Positions 54,655 to 64,000 of a stretch of 64,000 nt of DNA are shown here, one piece after another (position 1 is the stretch's first letter; each line of letters starts with the position of its first letter). This DNA comes from the human T2T-CHM13v2.0 reference genome, Homo sapiens. The stretch lies in assembly GCF_009914755.1 (NCBI RefSeq), contig NC_060935.1; one strand, written 5' to 3'. The notes below the pieces were generated by a model. That model saw nothing but the letters and a program-made list of their open reading frames with translations, was not told the origin of the DNA and searched no databases. Made by a program: the position numbers and the translations under genes.

Positions 54655-54749
54655 TTTTGCATAGACAGAGGGAAAGAAGGAAAATTGGGAGGAATAGGCA
54701 CGATCTAGGTGAGGCTGGTGCACAAATGGATTTCAATAGAGCAGCCAGT

Positions 54750-54920
54750 AATATTAATAGTGATAATAACATAGTTATTTATTGAGCACTTACTGTGTTC
54801 CAGGATCTAAACTTTGTGTGTCTTCATTTATTTGATCCTCACAGCAGCCCAATGAGAAAAGTGTCAATGATTTTTTTTAATTTAGGAATGAGGAAACTAA
54901 GGCACACAGAGCGTTCAAAT
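54750..54920 (-). mobile_element. MIR fragment
   Basis: ATTTATTGAGCACTTACTGTG...ATCCTCACAGCAGCCC...ATGAGGAAACTAAGGCAC. Confidence 0.8.
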
Positions 54921-55367
54921 AAGTAGGACTATAAAGAAAGTATCACTCGCTCCAAAAGTTTTATATTGTGTACACACAATTAGAAATAAAGAAAGAACTA
55001 CTTAGCCACATCTACTCTATCTATTATTTGTAGAAAACGGATAATGGAAATAATAGAACTCATTTATAATTTTTTCATATTATACCTTTACCAACATTCA
55101 TCATATTAAGAGCTGAAAATACCTATTTTAACAAGCTTATATGAGCAGACTACAGATTAATTTTCTGTTATTATAATTTTAGATGGCATTTCAAAACAAT
55201 CATTTTTCACCAAAAATTATTTTCTTTATACATCTTATGAATTCACCCAAAAATTGTGAAAATTGATTTTTTAATCTCAGTATTTAGTGTTATAAATCAC
55301 AGATTGCCTCAATCTAAACTTCTTATAATAGCCCTACAGTAAAAATTGGATAATTCCACTAACATAG

Positions 55368-55762
<395 letters not shown>

Positions 55763-56012
55763 AAAACTTAACTTTATTAACCTATTTTTGAAACTTAAAT
55801 GGCAAAGCAAGGCAATTCTTGAAGTATTTCTGCCCTGAACAGAGGAGTGCACCCTTGAAGTCACTGTATTGGTACCAATTATTTTGTAAGATTGCAGTGT
55901 TGATTCCTGCAGGCACCATGTTTACCTGATTAGAAGGATTTATTTTTCCTCATATTTTTTAAGTTATTATCCATTTCATTGCTTTGTGGTTCAAGAAAAT
56001 GTGTTCTGCATG

Positions 56013-56365
56013 TGCCTGAGTCAGTTTGGACTGCTTTAACAAAAACACCACAGACTGGGGGGCTTGAAAAACAGAAATTTATTTCTTACAGTTCTGGAAG
56101 CTGTGAAGTCCAAGATTAAGGTGCCAGCAAAATCAGTATCTGATGAAGGCCCCCTTCCTTGTTTACAGACAGCCATCTTCTGGCTGTATCCCCACACGGA
56201 GGGAAAAGGGGAAAAGCTCTAGTCTCCTCCTTTTAGAAGAACACTAATTAACTTCCAAAGGCCTCTCACCTACTAATATCATCCCATTGGAAGTTAGGGC
56301 TTTTACATATGAATCTAGGGGCACAAACAGGCAGTTGGAGGGGCACAAACAGGCAGTTCATAACA
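56013..56365 (-). mobile_element. MaLR solo LTR, MLT1A/MLT1A0-like
   Basis: ACAGAAATTTATTTCTTACAGTTCTGGAAGCTG...AAGTCCAAGATTAAGGTGCCAGCA...CATAACA; 20-bp tandem duplication at 56317-56358. Confidence 0.85.
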
Positions 56366-56423
56366 ATCTACTACCACTATTTCTTTCTTAATATCCTGTG
56401 AAGAATGTTCCATTAAAAAAATA

Positions 56424-56807
<384 letters not shown>

Positions 56808-57450
56808 TTACCAGTATAGTAGGGTTCTTTTTTGCACACACTGGTTATAGTAAAGTTCTTTGCAAATGCTGGTTCCCATGAAAAACAACTTGATACCAAC
56901 TAGATTCTTGTTGGAAACATTATTCTCATAACAGTTAGCCAGGAAAGATAAAAATCAATAGAAGAAAGCTGAGTAGACGAATGAGTTATAGCCTATATAA
57001 TGGCAATTGCCAGAGTATAGTGAGAGGGGTTGGAAAATATCACCTTGCTATATAAAAAGAGACCCTGCATAGGATCTTATGGGATGTAGTTGAATTATGG
57101 TTGCACTGTTTGCCCTTAATGGAAATATCTTCATTTGACTAAGTCAGCCATCAGGTTTAATCATACAGGATATTGAAGTATATTAGATATTAATGATTAA
57201 ATAAGATCAGCAAACTATAGTCAGCCATCTTATTAACGATTGTATTTAATAATGTGTAGAAGATAATGAGAAAAGCAAACAACAAAGGGATCAGAATGGT
57301 AAACAACTTAAGTCAACACAATTCCTAATACACACACTCTATCAATGCATTTTTAGTGGGCTACTGTGTACTTCATTTAATTGAATCAGTAGAGACACAT
57401 GGACCACAGATTGTTATAACCCATCTTATTGCTTGTTTCTGACTTTTCAG

Positions 57451-57474
57451 TGGGAGATAATTCATTATTGAAAG
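57451..57474 (+). other. Candidate 24-nt microexon
   Basis: TTGCTTGTTTCTGACTTTTCAG|TGGGAGATAATTCATTATTGAAAG|GTAAGC; no expression evidence available. Confidence 0.3.
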
Positions 57475-59844
57475 GTAAGCAGTTTGTTTTCCTGAACTCC
57501 CATTTCAATGCAAAGCATGGATGTAATTTGTTCTGAGTTACATTTCTCTAAAATTAAAAGGCATAAATCATATTTCTACATTCCACAACCAATCTGCCAA
57601 ACACATCCAACTAGGAAAGACTGAAGGGTAAATGGCATGTTTTAGAATGACTGGAATCAACAGGAATCTATGAAAATTCTTATCATAAAATAAATAAAAT
57701 TCTCAAATTAGCTAGCTGCTCTTTATGATCATACCTATTTTAAGTGCTTTTAAAGTGCTCTCTTATTGATTTATATATCACCAAGAAGTGGCTAATAAAA
57801 CTAAAAGACTAGTCTGAACATTTCAGCGCCAAGAAATACAAACCTATGTATCTCATAAGGTGTGAGCCTTTTAAAAGGTTGACACTTTCATTCTCCACCC
57901 TGCCCTGAGATTGTCTGATCAAGACAAAAAAGGGGAAGAGAGGGAACAGTGTAAAACACTAGCGGAAATAAATGGTGGGCATTACTGTGTCTCTGCACGA
58001 ATTATGCTCTTAGTGATAACTCATAATTTGAATAGTACTTTTTAAAGTGAAATGTGCTTTCACTTTTATTACTCTGTTTTTGCCTCACAAGTAAGTAAAG
58101 CAGGTACATTATTCTTTCCATTACAGAGGTAAAGAAACAATTTTGGGGAGTTTCAATGATGCCTGCTCTAGTAGGAAGTCAGACCTTGAACTGCAGTTGT
58201 CTTGAGTCCAGTATCTTTTCTACCACACTCTGCCACTTTTCCCATATCCTATAGCCCCTTTTAGAACAAATTGCCATTTTGGTAAATGGTAGAAGCTTGG
58301 TAACAACTTGAACTACACTTGGCACTCTGATAAATGGCCCAGGCACTTAATCGGGATGCTTGCCAAGGAACAGAGTTAGTGCAGTGCATTTCCAATGGCT
58401 CTAAACAGCAGATGAATTGCACATCAATTTATTTAAATAGCAAGAAGGCGAGTTTATTCATGGCCATTACCAGGTGCGGATTGATGCCTGCTAGCATAGA
58501 TTTCCCACTGTGAAGCCCTTTAGTCACTCCATGAGGCTTCCCCACTCCATTATGCCTGCTAAATGAATCAATCTTACCTTAATATCATTCTTAAATATTT
58601 AATGCCAAGTTACAATGCTGCCTTTTAAAATCGGTTGGTAAAATAAAAGCAAAAATTGTTCAGCAGGATACACCCCACCTTACCAGCCTCCACTCTTCTG
58701 TATGATTACTTACTAGGGTGAGCTGTTTGCCCCCGAGGGTGGGCCAATTAAAAGGATTTATTTGCTTGTGTAACAATCTAGGCTGCAGCAAAAGGAACTG
58801 CAGTTTCAAAAAAGAGTAAGCAAGGCTTACTTTGCTGGTTGATTCCCTATTTGTTGTAATGCAGAGCTTGACCCAGAAAATTACTTCCAATACTTTATCA
58901 ATGTGAGCTCCTTTAGAGGAACTGTACTGGTCACCATGTGGGAGAAAGCGAGCCATCCCTTTCTGAAAATAACTTTCAGTCTTGCTTCAGGGCAATGCTC
59001 GATATGCAAATAGTTAAATCACTGAATTTTTCGATAGCCAGTGCACTTAAGCCAAATAATTCAGATCAACTCTGTTGTTTTTAAAAATTGATATGTGATT
59101 CCACACCCAGATATGACTACTGTTTTATCTTTTTTTATGCTTTATATCTGGCATTTGAATGTATGTTTTACAAAGCCTTTCACCTCTGTGTGTTCATTTG
59201 TTGAGACAGAGCAGTTCTAGCTCACAACCTTGCCTGTTTCTTTCCAGTCCTCTCTTTCTGATTAGTCTCACTTCACTATTGTTTCTTTTGCTTATGTATC
59301 AAGGTTAGTGTAGAAGAAGGAGGCCTCAATGTCAATAAAATACGAGGTTCTTCCCAGCTTTATGGTTTTGCTAAAGATCTCAGTTATGGAAATGTGATGT
59401 ATCTTTTCTCAAACTTTTTTCCCAAGCTTCATATTAATCAACTAATTAATTGATTCCAAGACAATCAAGCACCTTTTGGTTAAGAAAAAAAATTAAAACT
59501 CAATTCAACCTTTTAAGAAAAATTTTATATATATATATACACACACACACAGTATTGAAGTAAAATTATCCAAAAAGTAAAATTTATACCCTCAACAGTA
59601 AGCAGTAAATTGGATATCATTAAAATCTGCATATATTAAGACCCAAAAATGCTAAATATTGGGGATGTTATGGGAGAAGAAGTGTTATAAAATATTTGGC
59701 TAAGAGTGTTTCACTGAAAATCAGGAAATCTGGCTTCTAGTCCTGGCCCTGCTGCTAAATATCTGCCTGACTCCAGGTAATTTGCTAAGCCAGCTAATTG
59801 TACAGGTACCACCTACCTGTAAAGTAAGGGGTTAAGCTAGGACC

Positions 59845-59960
59845 TTGCTGCTTCAAGTGTGGTCAGCCTGGATCCTGTTAGAAATGCAGAAATGCGACCT
59901 CAACCCGACCCACTGTATCAGACTTTGTGTGGTAACAAGATCCACAGGTGATTTGAGAAA
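59845..59960. mobile_element. MER5A-like fragment
   Basis: CTTCAAGTGTGGTC...TGTTAGAAATGCAGAA...TAACAAGATCCACAGGTGATT. Confidence 0.65.
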
Positions 59961-60502
59961 TGACAAAATCTGATTCTAATGAGCCTGTGTGGACTTAGAT
60001 TGAAGGCCACCTGCTGCGTGGGAGGGGCTTGTCTGGGGCTGTTCAGATTCAGGAAACTTCTCAAGGAAATACTGCTTCATAACAGTTTCTCAATCCAATT
60101 GTGCTGCCTTCAATTTGGAGACATGAAGATGGCATCAAAGCTGTTGTCTGCACAGTCTCTGACTTGAAGACAGCGATTCCCCTTCGCAGGGTCAGTCCAG
60201 GCAGAGCTCTGGGCACCCAGCACAGGAAGTTCCCTTCTGCTCTCTTGCTACCTGTTCAGCCCCCCGGGAAGAATGAGCTTCCCCTGACACACAGAGAAGT
60301 TCACACGAAATCATTTGTAAAGTACAAGAGTTCAAGATGTCATGTCAAATACCTTTCAATAAATTAAGATGGCAAAACTCAGGGGAAAGAGGAGAAAGGG
60401 AGTTTAAAACCTCACACACAGGAAGAGATTGCAGATTTATTATCCAGAGGTATTGAAGGACTTCAGGACATACCACCCCAGGATATGTTGTTTTGGCACA
60501 TA

Positions 60503-61432
<930 letters not shown>

Positions 61433-61595
61433 GGTATATTATTTTGAGCTGAAGGCATTTGCAAAACAGCAAATGCAGAGAGAGGCTTTCTCTGAATTCC
61501 CCTTATTTGCCCAAGGTCAGATACTTCAAAAGGAACACAATTGTAGTCAATCTCCTCCCCAGGAGTTTCATCAACCAGGTAAAATTGACCCTTAT

Positions 61596-61953
<358 letters not shown>

Positions 61954-62021
61954 TCATAAACTATCGTATCTCCCATGTACTTTTCTCAGGGCTCATTCAT
62001 CTTTCCTAAAAATCATTTACT

Positions 62022-62332
<311 letters not shown>

Positions 62333-62392
62333 TTACTCTCCCCCAAGTGGTCTACACTCCTTCCCCTTCTTCTGTTAAGACAAAATATAAGC

Positions 62393-62882
62393 CAATGGGG
62401 TTCAGAACATACTAGTCACAACTTATGATAACTTTGCATTTGAGAAAACAGCAGAAGGAAGGTCACTCTCACCTTCCCCTCACCCCTTCCCCCTGAAGCA
62501 GATCATAAGACCCTCATTCCAGAGATGCCCTCCGTATACCCAGAGGAAAGAAATAGCCTCATCTCTGAAGACACAGGGACATACAGAAGAATCTGAACAA
62601 ACAGGACTTACTAAGCTCCCTCTCATTTATCACTATTAGGTTGTGTCCCCTTTGTCCAACAGTACTTCTCCACAACCATCCACATCTTCATCAGATTTAG
62701 CATGAAAATACACAGGTTTCCCTGTTTCTTTGGATCTTCATTTCTGAAGGCTCGCTTGTTCTGTAAAACTTACATTAAATAAATGTGTATGCTTTTCTCT
62801 TATTAATCTTTCTTTTGTTATAGGTGTCTCTGCCATGAACCTTGCAATAAGTGAGAGAAGGTACTACTTTTTCTCTCCTGCA
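62393..62882 (+). mobile_element. Second nested ERV1 solo LTR (MER34/MER93-like)
   Basis: GGGGTTCAGAACA...GCATTTGAGAAAACAGCAGAAG...AATAAATGTGTATGCTTTTCTC...CTCCTGCA. Confidence 0.7.
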
Positions 62883-64000
62883 GCTCTCATGTCTCCTCAT
62901 ATTTTTTGATACTCGCTTTTTTTCTATGACGCCCCATGTATGTAATATTAAAAATTAATAAAATTGCATACTTTATCCCCTGTTAATCTGCCTGTTGTTC
63001 ATTTATTTTATAGACCCAGCTGTTGAACTATGAGGACATAAGAAAAGTCTTTCCCCCTCTGGAGTTCAAATAAGGAAACATTAACAGGGAGAATGCAAGC
63101 AAACCTAAAATTCAGAATATAATTACTTTGATTGACATAATGGGAAGGTCAACATGACTTCCCAGAAAATGACATGCAGGAAAACAGGCAATTTGTAAAA
63201 GAGTGATGATTTTGAAAGTGGAATTTGTTTCTTAGAATTATTTTTATGCATTCTTTCCCAACAGCCCCAAGTTTAAGAATTCATCCAAAAAGTATGTGTT
63301 AAAATACCCTACTAGGATGATTTCAACTTGTTTTTGCTCCCTTTTTAGGCAGATTTTGTTCCACTTGCTTATTCAGGCATTGTGTGAGCAATTTCTTCTG
63401 TTGTTCTGATAGAATCCAATGTTCCTCTCTCTTCAGGATGTGCCAAGGCAAAGCATGCTTTTTGTCTTTGCTGCCTTTCTAATTCAAATGTTGTTGCTTT
63501 ACACTGGTTGCTAATGAATCTCCTGATTATGATTCTGCCTATGTATGGACCCTTAAATCTCACTGGGACCCATTTTCTATACCCTCAGTTTGCAAATATC
63601 CAGGTACCTATACTCAAGGAGTGGGGTTTTCTTTGTTTTGTTTTGTTTTGTTTTCTGGGTGAAACAGATAGAAAAATAATTTACCTAAAATTTTTCCTCC
63701 ATTCTCTGGCACAGAATTCGGTATTCATAAACTCAGGTCAATAGCCTGCATTAAAGTGGCTTTCCATTGATCAGAGATCTGCGTTTGTATTTTAGAAAGA
63801 GTAGGAGACACTTCATAAAAGACAACTTTAAGTCAATATCCTACATGTCACAAACAAAACATTATTTGTTAGTCACAATGTGAATATTTTTAACGCCTGT
63901 GGGGAATGAGACTATCTTAAAGCTGATGAGCTCCCAGAAGGAAAATAGAATTTGCAGGTTATCTGACTTTGAATTCACCCTGAAAGATAATAATACTAAA

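Overview
Primate, most likely human or another ape/Old World monkey (AluY, AluS, AluJ and L1PA are all present), AT-rich non-coding DNA that is either intronic or intergenic. I recognise no cellular protein-coding gene, rRNA, tRNA or CRISPR array. The ORF track consists of decayed LINE-1 ORF1/ORF2, ERVL, MaLR and Alu reading frames or chance ORFs. Positions 1-42 kb are dominated by nested LINE-1 fossils, almost all on the + strand, plus an ERVL (HERV16/LTR16-like) remnant that carries a complete MST provirus. Positions 42-60 kb are mostly unique DNA with old L2/MIR/CR1 relics, and 60.4-63.1 kb is a nested ERV1-LTR/Alu cluster. The best leads not explained by repeat annotation are: a near-perfect 51-bp-arm hairpin made by fold-back of a MIR (52082-52197); a well-formed 24-nt candidate microexon (57451-57474); a 217-bp inverted duplication about 1 kb apart (42935-44359); a templated-insertion patch copied from 2.25 kb upstream (20198-20281); several fold-back/filler repair scars; and a collinear CR1/L3 reverse-transcriptase fossil. 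I see no evidence of a new multi-gene system. Repeat subfamily names come from remembered consensus sequences, not from a database search, and boundaries of old elements are approximate.
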